From a virus (lineage: Duplodnaviria; Heunggongvirae; Uroviricota; Caudoviricetes): a stretch of 21,539 bases of DNA. The notes under the pieces were generated by a model. That model saw only the letters and a program-made list of their open reading frames with translations, had not been told where the DNA came from and searched no databases. Shown one piece after another: positions 11,260 to 19,743 of this stretch. Position 1 is the stretch's first letter. Every line of letters begins with the position of its first letter. The translations under genes were made by a program, and so were the position numbers. The stretch is from positions 1-21,539 of IMG/VR virus record IMGVR_UViG_2565956714_000006; one strand, given 5' to 3'.

Positions 11260-12153
11260 TTATTTTTTTGCCTTTTTAGCGGCGAAATACGGCGTCCAGT
11301 CACCAGTTTCCAGCGCCTTGGCTTTCAGTTTGTCGAGGTTATTGATTACTGCGCCGTTGCTCCCCTTAACTGTCGGGGTTGTGGCTGCCGTGGTTTTTGC
11401 TTTTGGCATGATTCTGGCCTTCGATTCGATACGTTCCAGCAGACGACCAATTGCTACGGGGTTGGTAGCTTCTGCCAGTTGCTTGCGCAGTTCAGCGTTG
11501 CGACCGAGTGCCAGAACAACGATTTCCGGCTTCTCTGACTCAAACAGGATCGCGTTTTGTGTCTCGATGGGGATTTCCTCGAGTACGGCCTGTTCTGCTT
11601 CCTGATAGCCAGGAACTTTGAGAGCCTTAACACGTTGCTGATATTTGGATAATCGCTCTTGATAGGCAGCCTGAAGCTCCTGCTCCTTCTGCTTGCGAGC
11701 CATCTCCTGTTGCTGGTACTTGCCGTTATCCTCTGCCCACTTAGCCATGCGTTGCTGGTAGATTTCTTCATCGAAACCGATGTCCTCATCGTCCAGTTTT
11801 GGCATTCGCGGTGGTTGAGTGATTACCGGCTGCTGCTCGACGGGTTTCTGAGACTGACGCATCAGCTCTTTCAGCTCGCGGTCTTTCTCTTTAATCGTCT
11901 TGCGCAGGTGTTTTACCAGTCCATGCTCTGCGCCATCTTCGCTGGTTGGCGAATCCAGCTTTTCGTCACCAAAGTAGAATTCCTGTTCTGATTCGTCGTC
12001 ATCAGTTTCAGTAGCTTCCTCTGCATCATTGCCGGAGGACTCACTGCCATCTTCTGTTTCGACTTCTTCAGCCAGTTCGACATCATCAGGAATCTGCTCT
12101 GACGCGTCGGTTTCGATTTCAACTTCTGGTGTGTTTTCTGCCATCTGGTCCAT
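11260..12153 (-). CDS. Scaffolding protein, 297 aa
   Basis: Position between portal and coat; highly acidic N-terminal region and charged helical C-terminus as in P22-like scaffolding proteins. Confidence 0.8.
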   Translation of the reverse strand: MDQMAENTPEVEIETDASEQIPDDVELAEEVETEDGSESSGNDAEEATETDDDESEQEFYFGDEKLDSPTSEDGAEHGLVKHLRKTIKEKDRELKELMRQSQKPVEQQPVITQPPRMPKLDDEDIGFDEEIYQQRMAKWAEDNGKYQQQEMARKQKEQELQAAYQERLSKYQQRVKALKVPGYQEAEQAVLEEIPIETQNAILFESEKPEIVVLALGRNAELRKQLAEATNPVAIGRLLERIESKARIMPKAKTTAATTPTVKGSNGAVINNLDKLKAKALETGDWTPYFAAKKAKK

Positions 12154-12243
12154 TTGTTACCCCTGTTTACTCGATGTTCAGCCCATCGGAAGGCAATAGG
12201 GTGCCAGGCCTAATAAAGACAGCCATTGCACGTTATGGGTTAA

Positions 12244-14442
12244 TTACTGCTGTGGTTGTTGCTGAGTTGATTTTTGCAGGATGCTGCTGATGTCCATGCG
12301 CTGCGCATGACCCTGTGCCTGACTTTTCAGGACAAGCTCTGCATCAGCACGGGCATTATCTCCTTGCTGTTGCTGGAACTGTCCGAGCAGTTTCAGAGCC
12401 TCGCGGATATCAGATTTCTGCTGGCTATCGGCAGATGCGAGGATTTTCACAACATTTGCCGCTGCAACCTGAGCATCAGTCTGTGCCTGGAATGCTTTAA
12501 CCTGAATGGCTGCCTGTTCGTTCTGCGCTTTCTGCAATTCAGCCTGACCAGCAAGAAGCTGACCTTGCGCTGCAACCATAGCCGGATCTGGCTGACTGGC
12601 CTGTTGTTGTTTCACCTGTTCAACCATCTGCTGTTCTTCAGGCGTTCTCGGCTTGATAACGCCAGACAGAAGCAACTGATTGCGGTTGTATTCTTTCAGG
12701 TCGTCCATCCCTTCGCCGTCCATATTGTCGAGAATCATCGACGATACAAGGTCGTGCTTCGGCGTTCCTGGTGGGATAAGTGCCAGCATGGAAAGTAACG
12801 ACTTAACCGTTGCATCACGGCGAGTAGCGAACGACTGACCGACATCGACAGTCACTTCATAGTTGCCCTGCGAAAGGTCATTAAGCGCGATAACCTGCCC
12901 TGTCTGACGGTCAACAACTTCACCAGTCATCAGCGCCACGTCATCGCTGCCGTCCTCATTAACGATGCGCATTGGCGTATCGCTGCCATAGACTTCACGC
13001 GCCATAGAAAGCCACACGACGCCAGCGCGGCGCATGGATTTAGCCATGTTGTCCATGTAGATATAGGACTGCGTGTCCATCCGGTTAAAGATGCTATCAA
13101 CGGTATCGGTAGCGACGTTGCTCGGCATATTCTCAAGCTGCGACGCACCTGTAATTTGCTGAATAGCCGTTCCGGTGTACTGCAATAGCCCGGCAAGAGC
13201 AGGAGGCATTTGTGTCGGAGGTGTATAACTGCTGACCTGAGCCTGCGCAGTAATATCTCCGTTTTTGTTTTTCAGACTGACCATCGGCAGGAACGCCGGG
13301 CGCTTTTTGTTGCGCTCCGCCCAATGAGTGGCGAGAGGACCAGGAATCATGTCAACATCAACTACAGGAATGCCATCACCGCCAGCCTGAGTAGCGTTAT
13401 CTGCAATCATGGAAACCATCAGGTTCTCAAGACGCTGTGCATCCATCGCTTTTGCTGCGTGGCCTTCGATTCGCTCCTGATTATCAACAAATGATCGACG
13501 CCCATATACCGGGATGAGAGGAATATGTTCGCCCGGAATACGCTTCGGTTCTTCCAGCCATTCAGCGCCAGACAGAAGACCGCAATAAACTCGGCGTTTC
13601 TTCACTGTCCGCTCGCCAATCAGTTCGAATGCGCCATCGGTCAGCTCGTCAACAATATCTTTGATTTGCTCTTCATCATAGATTGCCGTTTCTCCGCTGA
13701 CAGGATTGCGCCACGCCGTGAGCTTCACCTTCTCTATGCGAACTTCGTAGTAGCGTCCAACATAGATGGCATCAGGTGTTGACCAGTCATATTGAGTACC
13801 AGTGTCATCACGAGGAAGACTTGCCGCGATGGAATCAGGGTATTCAGCCTCGAACGCTTTAGGCGTCATGGAGAACATTTCCATAGCCCACATAGCATCA
13901 GAGCGGTCATATTGCTTGCTGTCCTGATCGAAGAAGACGCATGTCGCCGGGTCGTAAACAGGAAGAAGACTGATGCGTCGCTGCTCGTTACTCGGATCCA
14001 TTTCATCTTCGTAATCGGCACACATGCGGAAACAACCGAATCCACCCGTTACGGCATCATCAAATGCGTTATCACACGCTTCGCCACCGGATGTTTCCTG
14101 ATAGTCAGCGCGGAATTTGCCGTTCATTTTTTCGGCTAACGCTTCCGATGCCTTATCGTCCTTCGGCCTGAATTTAACGCTGATGCGATTCTGTCGATAC
14201 TCGCCAATGATGCGATCACATTCACGGGCAATCTTATTCAGTTCAAAGCGCGGGTAATGCTCAAACCTGCCTTCATCAAATGAGTAACCAGCGTTTGTGC
14301 TGCCTTCCCACTGTGCGCCGGATACCCGGACGAAACGTTGAGCCTCAATAATCTGCTCACGCATATCCTGCGTTGCTGACCAGGCATTATCAAAGTTGCA
14401 CAGCACCTTGCGATGCCAGTCAGTCATCTTTTTTTCTGCCAT
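12244..14442 (-). CDS. Portal protein (P22 gp1 homologue), 732 aa
   Basis: Matches recalled P22 gp1 motifs (GEHIPLIPVYG, PEEQQ, DPAMV.AQG.LL.GQAEL.KAQN, ARA.AEL.LK, QRMDI..ILQ). Start is 1 nt after the terL stop. Confidence 0.9.
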   Translation of the reverse strand: MAEKKMTDWHRKVLCNFDNAWSATQDMREQIIEAQRFVRVSGAQWEGSTNAGYSFDEGRFEHYPRFELNKIARECDRIIGEYRQNRISVKFRPKDDKASEALAEKMNGKFRADYQETSGGEACDNAFDDAVTGGFGCFRMCADYEDEMDPSNEQRRISLLPVYDPATCVFFDQDSKQYDRSDAMWAMEMFSMTPKAFEAEYPDSIAASLPRDDTGTQYDWSTPDAIYVGRYYEVRIEKVKLTAWRNPVSGETAIYDEEQIKDIVDELTDGAFELIGERTVKKRRVYCGLLSGAEWLEEPKRIPGEHIPLIPVYGRRSFVDNQERIEGHAAKAMDAQRLENLMVSMIADNATQAGGDGIPVVDVDMIPGPLATHWAERNKKRPAFLPMVSLKNKNGDITAQAQVSSYTPPTQMPPALAGLLQYTGTAIQQITGASQLENMPSNVATDTVDSIFNRMDTQSYIYMDNMAKSMRRAGVVWLSMAREVYGSDTPMRIVNEDGSDDVALMTGEVVDRQTGQVIALNDLSQGNYEVTVDVGQSFATRRDATVKSLLSMLALIPPGTPKHDLVSSMILDNMDGEGMDDLKEYNRNQLLLSGVIKPRTPEEQQMVEQVKQQQASQPDPAMVAAQGQLLAGQAELQKAQNEQAAIQVKAFQAQTDAQVAAANVVKILASADSQQKSDIREALKLLGQFQQQQGDNARADAELVLKSQAQGHAQRMDISSILQKSTQQQPQQ

Positions 14443-14443
14443 A

Positions 14444-15859
14444 TCAACCTACACCACAAGGAATTGAGTAACTGGAATAGTCGGGTTGCGCAGCCGACTC
14501 CGGGCAATGCATGCACATCATCAGCGCATCAGCCAGGTTAGGAGATGGAATACCGAGCTTCTGCTTCATTTCGACCTTAGTCATAAGCTCCAGCTTCCCG
14601 TTGTTATTGAATTTGCGCTGAATCTGCGTCAGTTCTGCAAACAGCTTCTCCAGCATCTTCTCGCCTATCGCTTCTTTGTCGAAACTCAGCATGTCGTCTG
14701 GGTCTGCATACTCACCGTGAACAACCGCCCGATATGTCAGATACAGCCTGTCAGCCAGCGCGTAATAGAATTGCGCTCGCTTATTGCGGAACACATCGCC
14801 AATAGTGCGAACGTTGTCGCCCTGTACGACTTCATCAGCCCATGCTCCGGCCTGATATGGCGCATCTTCATCGAATGGCGATTCGCTGCCCTTGAACATC
14901 GTGGCGGTGATTTTCTTGCCGGAGAACGCTTCCGTTGTCTGTCTGCGTAGCCCTGCACCGACACCATCGCCATCCCACAGGTAATGGTCAGCGCCGTCTT
15001 CAATCGCCAGCGAAATAGCCCAGTCAGCACCCTCGTTGATGTCCATCAGCAGACCTTCGGCAATGCGCTTAACTACCGAACCGTGACGCGATGCATAACC
15101 TTTAGCATCTGGCCCTGTATCTGATGGGTCATGCGCAGAAACAACAGCGCCTTTCGCTTTCCATCCGAGTTTCTTGTGCGCATCGGTTGCGGCTTCAAGC
15201 CATTCACGTTTGATGATTGCCATATCACTTGCGCTTACCGGCTCACCCAGCCAGATGTGACGATACAGTGTCGGATTTCTGCGTTTACACTCTTCCATCT
15301 CCAGACGGAGAACTTCAGGAAAATGCGGGTTGTCGGTGTAGTTCACCGTCAGCAGACAGATATCATCGGGAGGGTTTACTACGAATCGCTGATAGGTATC
15401 GTCGAGGATGTTTTTCGGGTTGAAGCTCACCCATATTTCGGAAAATGGCTTGCGGATGGTTGGTATCAGGATATCCCATGATTCCTTCGTTACCGCTTCC
15501 GCTTCTTCCACCCAGCAGATATCAATGCCTTCGAGCGATTTAATCTTCGTCGGGTTGTTTTTGATGCCGTAGAACATGAACTCAGCATTCGTTCCGAGAT
15601 GACGAATCATTGAACGCTGAATTTCAAACTCAGCCGAATACCCTTCACGCTCGATGGTATCTTCAAGCAACCGGATTACCGAATCGCTGATACTGTTTTG
15701 CAGTTCACGAGCGCAGAGAATACGCACAGGCTGCCGACGCGCCGCCTCAACAAGCAGCCTCGCTATTGCCCATGATTTACCGCTACCTCGACCGCCTTTG
15801 GCAACTTTGTAGCGATGCGCCTCAATGAACGGTTCAAAGATAGGATTAATCGAGGTCAT
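14444..15859 (-). CDS. Terminase large subunit (Sf6 gp2-like), 471 aa
   Basis: Walker A-like KGGRGSGKS near the N-terminus; follows terS with an ATGA overlap; size as Sf6/P22-type TerL. Confidence 0.9.
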   Translation of the reverse strand: MTSINPIFEPFIEAHRYKVAKGGRGSGKSWAIARLLVEAARRQPVRILCARELQNSISDSVIRLLEDTIEREGYSAEFEIQRSMIRHLGTNAEFMFYGIKNNPTKIKSLEGIDICWVEEAEAVTKESWDILIPTIRKPFSEIWVSFNPKNILDDTYQRFVVNPPDDICLLTVNYTDNPHFPEVLRLEMEECKRRNPTLYRHIWLGEPVSASDMAIIKREWLEAATDAHKKLGWKAKGAVVSAHDPSDTGPDAKGYASRHGSVVKRIAEGLLMDINEGADWAISLAIEDGADHYLWDGDGVGAGLRRQTTEAFSGKKITATMFKGSESPFDEDAPYQAGAWADEVVQGDNVRTIGDVFRNKRAQFYYALADRLYLTYRAVVHGEYADPDDMLSFDKEAIGEKMLEKLFAELTQIQRKFNNNGKLELMTKVEMKQKLGIPSPNLADALMMCMHCPESAAQPDYSSYSIPCGVG

Positions 15860-16281
15860 TTTACGAATAGAGTGCTCATCGGTGATGTTTCAATCTGGAT
15901 TGCGCCGCCGTCTTTGCCGACAAGCTCGTTAGTTACCTTGTCGCCATACTTACGGGGATTCATTCGGGCCAGCGCCCATTTGCGGGTATCAACGCGAAGT
16001 CTTGCCTTTGCCACCTCAGCAGCATCTGGAATCGCAGTGTCAGCAATTTCGAATATCTCTTCGAAAATAGAATCAGCTCGCGCCTCAGTTGCCTTCGCGT
16101 ACTTGTCTCTAAAGTCGTCATGCTCTGACAGCCAGCGAAATACAGTAGCCTTTGCTGGCATGCCGGGGCGCTTGCAAACCTTAACCAGACTTTCCCCGGA
16201 GGCAAGCAGCGCACAGATATCATCAGCCACCTCCGGCAGGTAATCCGAAGGGCGACCGACATTCTTTTTCTCAGTCGCCAT
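15856..16281 (-). CDS. Terminase small subunit (Sf6 gp1-like), 141 aa
   Basis: Sequence MATEKKNVGRPSDYLPEVADDICALLASGESLVKVCKRPGMP...RMNPRKYGDKVTNELVG closely matches Sf6 small terminase as recalled. Confidence 0.85.
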   Translation of the reverse strand: MATEKKNVGRPSDYLPEVADDICALLASGESLVKVCKRPGMPAKATVFRWLSEHDDFRDKYAKATEARADSIFEEIFEIADTAIPDAAEVAKARLRVDTRKWALARMNPRKYGDKVTNELVGKDGGAIQIETSPMSTLFVK

Positions 16282-16360
16282 ATTGATTATTTCCCTTCTG
16301 CTTGCTTATCCCATTCATCGCGGAATTTGGATGGGTTGTCGAAACCTTGAGTTGCCATGT

Positions 16361-16603
16361 TTATGCTCCGGTAGTGAACAGGTCTAACGCTTCCTTAGAT
16401 TTACGCACCGCTTCAAGTGTGCGGATCGTGATATCTGAATTAGCGCCGCCTGACTGGAAGTGAATTTTGAATAGCTCAAGCTTCAGTTCGTCAGTGCCAA
16501 TGAACTGAAATGCTTCCTCCGCGGCTGCGTTCTGGTTCATGACCAGTTTGTAAATCTCTAACTGGAATTTCTGTTCTTCAGTCATGGGAATAATCTCTGC
16601 CAT
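16361..16603 (-). CDS. Hypothetical phage protein, 80 aa (position equivalent to P22 orf80)
   Basis: ATG with GGAG 6 nt upstream; tightly packed upstream of terS; no recognisable motif. Confidence 0.45.
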   Translation of the reverse strand: MAEIIPMTEEQKFQLEIYKLVMNQNAAAEEAFQFIGTDELKLELFKIHFQSGGANSDITIRTLEAVRKSKEALDLFTTGA

Positions 16604-16706
16604 TGTTGGCTCCGTTTATCCGTTAAAAGGGATATCAGTTAAGTTATCCCGTGTAGGGTATAAGCCATTGTCAAAGCCACTCTGTAGGGAATGGCTTTTG
16701 TAATAA

Positions 16707-17063
16707 CTACTGTTCGCTTAGCTTCTGCTTCAGCAAGTAACCTTCGAGCATCCAGATTTTGTTTACAGCATTCTGCCGGGCAATCTTCCGACCAATTTCT
16801 GCATCAAAATTTTCCGGACTTGCACAGGCACTCTCTCCGGTGACGGTGAAGCCATTCTTCAGCACCAGTACGCAGAAAGTCAGGAGGTCTGTAGATTTAT
16901 GCGCTGTCCATGAATCGCCAACGCCCATATTGGCAGCACGAATGCCGTCATAAGCAGTAAAGAAATGCTCTTCAAGAATGATGCTTTCGATATATTGAGG
17001 CGTAACGCGCGGTGCCGTTTTGCCTTTCTCAACGATTTCTTTTTCGATTTGCTGGTCGTTCAT
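16707..17063 (-). CDS. Hypothetical phage protein, 118 aa; possibly N4 gp49 / Sf6 gene 66 family
   Basis: Clean ORF with ATG start. Family assignment is from memory of where such genes sit, next to lysis genes in enterobacterial prophages; unverified. Confidence 0.45.
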   Translation of the reverse strand: MNDQQIEKEIVEKGKTAPRVTPQYIESIILEEHFFTAYDGIRAANMGVGDSWTAHKSTDLLTFCVLVLKNGFTVTGESACASPENFDAEIGRKIARQNAVNKIWMLEGYLLKQKLSEQ

Positions 17064-17346
17064 AATTATGACCCTGTGGAGTGGTTGCTTGATTAGGATG
17101 TCTTTCCATCAGTCCGCCACCACAAAGAATCTTTTTTGCCATAAGGCAGGAGGTTCATCTTTCAGTGGCTGCCAGTGTTATTTCCCCACTTACTGGCTTG
17201 GGTTGTTTCGCTGTACTGCCGCAACTGGTGGTGCACAGATTTAGTTAAATCTGTTCTCGCCTGAACTATCTTTTACATACCCGGATTGTGGGGATGTAAA
17301 TCACGGTTTCATTATCAAGCCCACCCGTAGATGGGCTTTGGAATGG

Positions 17347-17865
17347 TCACTTTGGCAGTCCGGGGATCGATATTTGCGCCTGCTGCTCAAGCCTTTCGAT
17401 TCTTGCTATGAGTTGCGGTTTTTTGATCCTGCCCCAGCGGTTTAGCAAGCGTCCTGACATACTGGCAACATCCTTTTCCTTCATGAACTCCAGCATTAAC
17501 TCGTTGTGCTCTCTTTGGTATGAGTGAGCCATCTCCATCAGCCTGTCACGCATCCAATTAAATGCTTTGATAAACGCCTCTTTGATGGCGGCAGCTTTTT
17601 TGCCGGTAAACGACATGATGATGTACATCGCGCCGTCTTTGGAAATTTCATATTCAACATACTGATTACCCTTGTGTTCATAGGTAACCCGCGAAAAGTT
17701 GCTGGTTAGAAATTCATCCGAACAGTCTAGCTTTTCGATTTTCTGAATGATGTGGTGATGCTGCTTGTCGAAGTAAGCTGCTACCTTGCGGGAGGTTGTG
17801 ATCACGCGATCACCAGAAACAACCACCATGTCCCGGAAATCGAGATTAGCCAATTGATGATTCAT
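17347..17865 (-). CDS. Rha-family phage regulatory protein, 172 aa from ATG at 17865 (track ORF uses upstream GTG at 17901)
   Basis: Motifs TTSRKVAAYFDKQHHHIIQKIEKL and YEISKDGAMYIIMSFTGKKAAAIKEAFIKAFNWM fit the Rha N-terminal domain consensus. Confidence 0.65.
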   Translation of the reverse strand: MNHQLANLDFRDMVVVSGDRVITTSRKVAAYFDKQHHHIIQKIEKLDCSDEFLTSNFSRVTYEHKGNQYVEYEISKDGAMYIIMSFTGKKAAAIKEAFIKAFNWMRDRLMEMAHSYQREHNELMLEFMKEKDVASMSGRLLNRWGRIKKPQLIARIERLEQQAQISIPGLPK

Positions 17866-18014
17866 AGCGTCTTTACCTTTTAGAAAGTGAGCCTGTCTCA
17901 CAGAAAAGCCGCCCCGAGATGGTCGCCACCATATACGGCAGTTCTCAGGCTCAACTTTCTGAAAGGCTCGGGTGATGTAATATGCGCGTAAGATGCGCTG
18001 TGAAATTCAGATGT

Positions 18015-18037
18015 AAAAAAAGCCCCGCATCGCGAGG
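18015..18037 (-). terminator. Intrinsic terminator downstream of the lysis cassette
   Basis: Minus-strand RNA CCUCGC-GAU-GCGGGG hairpin (contains a G-U pair, so stable only on this strand) followed by C + UUUUUUU. Confidence 0.55.
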
Positions 18038-18071
18038 ATCATTAAATTGACTTTGTGATTTGCAAAAAAAA

Positions 18072-18509
18072 TTATTTCAGGCATTGCGTCCTGATGTACT
18101 CCTGCAGGTAGTTAACCTGCGCGGTTATCTTGTCGATTCCACTTCGGAGACGGTAATAATTGAGTTCAGCATCTGCTGTAAGTCTTGGGCTTTCTCCATC
18201 GCCCATGCCGCTGGCTCCGGTCGTTGACTTTGCACAGGTGGCGGCGACTTGCAGGCGCTTACGCCCAGCAGAAACATCAGCACGGAGACTTTCGATAGTC
18301 GCGTTAGCATCAGCAAGCTCCTTTGTGTATCTTGCGTCGAGTTCTGCTACATCACGTTGACGCTTCTGCATATCAGCGATGATGGATGTGGCTTTATCGC
18401 GCTGCTCTTTGTAGGTCATGGCGTTATCACGGTAATGATTAACAGCCCACGACAGGCAGACGATGATGCAGATAATCAGAGCGGAGATAATCGCGGTTAC
18501 TCTGCTCAT
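18072..18509 (-). CDS. Rz: Rz i-spanin, 145 aa
   Basis: N-terminal about 30 aa match lambda Rz ([28 protein letters not shown]) with signal-anchor TM; start overlaps the R stop. Confidence 0.9.
   Translation of the reverse strand: MSRVTAIISALIICIIVCLSWAVNHYRDNAMTYKEQRDKATSIIADMQKRQRDVAELDARYTKELADANATIESLRADVSAGRKRLQVAATCAKSTTGASGMGDGESPRLTADAELNYYRLRSGIDKITAQVNYLQEYIRTQCLK
18125..18310 (-). CDS. Rz1: Rz1 o-spanin lipoprotein embedded in +1 frame within Rz, 61 aa from ATG (track lists a TTG start at 18316)
   Basis: Signal peptide with lipobox VSAC, Pro-rich mature part, fully embedded in Rz as in lambda. Confidence 0.75.
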   Translation of the reverse strand: MLTRLSKVSVLMFLLGVSACKSPPPVQSQRPEPAAWAMEKAQDLQQMLNSIITVSEVESTR

Positions 18510-18982
18510 GCCTCAATCTCTCTTACCGTTCCGCCAGCTTCTTTGAATTTTGCAATCAGGCTGTCAGCCTTATGCTCGAACTGACCATAACCAGCACCCG
18601 GCAGTGAAGCCCAGATATTGCTGCAACGGTCGATTGCCTGACGAATATCACCGCGATCAATCATCGGTAAAGCGCCACGCTCCTTAATCTGCTGCAGCGC
18701 AACAGCGTCCTGGCTTTTGGGAGAGAAGTCTTTCAGGCCAAGCTGCTTACGGTAAGCATCCCACCAACGGGAAAGAAGCTGGTAACGTCCGGCTGCTGTT
18801 GATTTGAGTTTGGGGTTTAGCGTGACAAGTTTGCGAGGGTGATCGGAGTAATCAGTGAATAGCTCTCCGCCAACAATGACGTCATAACCGTGATTTCTGG
18901 TTTTCTGTCGTCCGTTATCTGTTCCCTCTGACCACGCCAGCATATCGAGGAACGCCTTACGTTGATTATTGATTTCCACCAT
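18506..18982 (-). CDS. R: Endolysin R (lytic transglycosylase), 158 aa, lambda-type
   Basis: Near-identical to lambda R as recalled ([26 protein letters not shown]...). Confidence 0.95.
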   Translation of the reverse strand: MVEINNQRKAFLDMLAWSEGTDNGRQKTRNHGYDVIVGGELFTDYSDHPRKLVTLNPKLKSTAAGRYQLLSRWWDAYRKQLGLKDFSPKSQDAVALQQIKERGALPMIDRGDIRQAIDRCSNIWASLPGAGYGQFEHKADSLIAKFKEAGGTVREIEA

Positions 18983-19289
18983 CTTCTACTCCGGCTTTTT
19001 TAGCAGCGAAGCGTTTGATAAGCGAACCAATCGAGTCAGTACCGATGTAGCCGATGAACACGCTCGTTATATAAGCGAGATTGCTACTTAGTCCGGCGAA
19101 GTCGAGAAGGTCACGAATGAACCAGGCGATAATGGCGCACATCGTTGCGTCGATTACTGTTTTTGTAAACGCACCGCCATTATATCTGCCGCGAAGGTAC
19201 GCCATTGCAAACGCAAGGATTGCCCCGATGCCTTGTTCCTTTGCCGCGAGAATGGCGGCTAACAGGTCATGTTTTTCTGGCATCTTCAT
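18966..19289 (-). CDS. S: Holin/antiholin S (S107/S105 dual start), 107 aa, lambda-type
   Basis: Near-identical to lambda S as recalled, including the Met1-Lys2-Met3 dual-start motif (ATG at 19289 and 19283). Confidence 0.95.
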   Translation of the reverse strand: MKMPEKHDLLAAILAAKEQGIGAILAFAMAYLRGRYNGGAFTKTVIDATMCAIIAWFIRDLLDFAGLSSNLAYITSVFIGYIGTDSIGSLIKRFAAKKAGVEDGGNQ

Positions 19290-19414
19290 GTCTTACCCCC
19301 AATAAGGGGATTTGCTCTATTTAATTAGGAATAAGGTCGATTACTGATAGAACAAATCCAGGCTACTGTGTTTAGTAATCAGATTTGTTCGTGACCGATA
19401 TGCACGGGCAAAAC

Positions 19415-19444
19415 GGCATGAGGTTGTTAGCGCAACCTCATGCC
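19415..19444 (-). terminator. Perfect 12-bp stem hairpin (GGCATGAGGTTG / CAACCTCATGCC, 6-nt loop); candidate terminator or processing element downstream of the tRNAs
   Basis: Perfect inverted repeat; on the minus strand followed by GUUUUG. Lies in the otherwise empty interval between the tRNAs and S. Confidence 0.4.
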
Positions 19445-19531
19445 ACCCGCTTTCACGAAGATCATGTGTAGAAGGCCGCAGCGTAACTATCACTGATGAA
19501 TTCAGGATAGCCAGTGGCTACGGCTCAGTTA

Positions 19532-19607
19532 TGGTGCTGGTTAACGGACTTGAACCGCTACCCATTCGCTTACAAGGCGACTGCTCTACCATTGGAGCTA
19601 AACCAGC
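19532..19607 (-). tRNA. tRNA-Thr (anticodon UGU), CCA encoded
   Basis: Hand-folded cloverleaf: perfect 7-bp acceptor stem, D-arm GCTC/GAGC with GG loop, anticodon loop CTTGTAA, T-arm with TTCAAGT loop, discriminator A. Confidence 0.8.
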
Positions 19608-19612
19608 ATGTT

Positions 19613-19687
19613 TGGCGGGACAGCGTGGACTCGAACCACGATAAGAAGGTTAACAGCCTTCCGTAATGACCTTTATACGACTGACCC
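19613..19687 (-). tRNA. tRNA-Asn-like (anticodon GUU), CCA encoded, one acceptor-stem mismatch
   Basis: Hand-folded: acceptor GGGTCAG/CTGTCCC (T-T mismatch at 4:69), anticodon stem GAAGG/CCTTC with loop CTGTTAA, T-arm CGTGG-TTCGAGT-CCACG. Sits 5 nt from the tRNA-Thr. Confidence 0.65.
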
Positions 19688-19691
19688 AAAT

Positions 19692-19733
19692 AAAAAAAGC
19701 CACCGTTGCAACTTAAGAGTCACTAACGGCAGC
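19692..19733 (-). terminator. tR'-like leader terminator between the late promoter and the tRNA genes
   Basis: Minus-strand RNA stem GCUGCCGUU / AACGGUGGC (9 bp with two G-U pairs; would be C-A/A-C mismatches on the plus strand), 17-nt loop, followed by UUUUUUUAUUU. Confidence 0.5.
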
Positions 19734-19743
19734 TTACCTTCTA

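Noticed and set aside
12274-12798. 174-aa plus-strand ORF inside the portal gene (also 13210-14139 plus-strand ORFs)
   Set aside because: Antisense to a confidently identified portal gene; low-complexity products; no start context.
14486-15481. Plus-strand and alternative-frame ORFs inside terL (154 aa, 116 aa, 97 aa, 68 aa)
   Set aside because: Overlap the large terminase, whose frame is supported by homology and motifs; none has independent support.
17020-17244. 74-aa plus-strand ORF across the Rha/118-aa intergenic gap
   Set aside because: Opposite to the direction of the whole operon, begins inside the 118-aa gene, Cys-rich low-complexity product; the gap more likely holds regulatory DNA.
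19441-19531. Possible third tRNA between the 12-bp hairpin and the tRNA-Thr gene
   Set aside because: No T-arm-like GGTTCGA motif or acceptor complementarity found on either strand.
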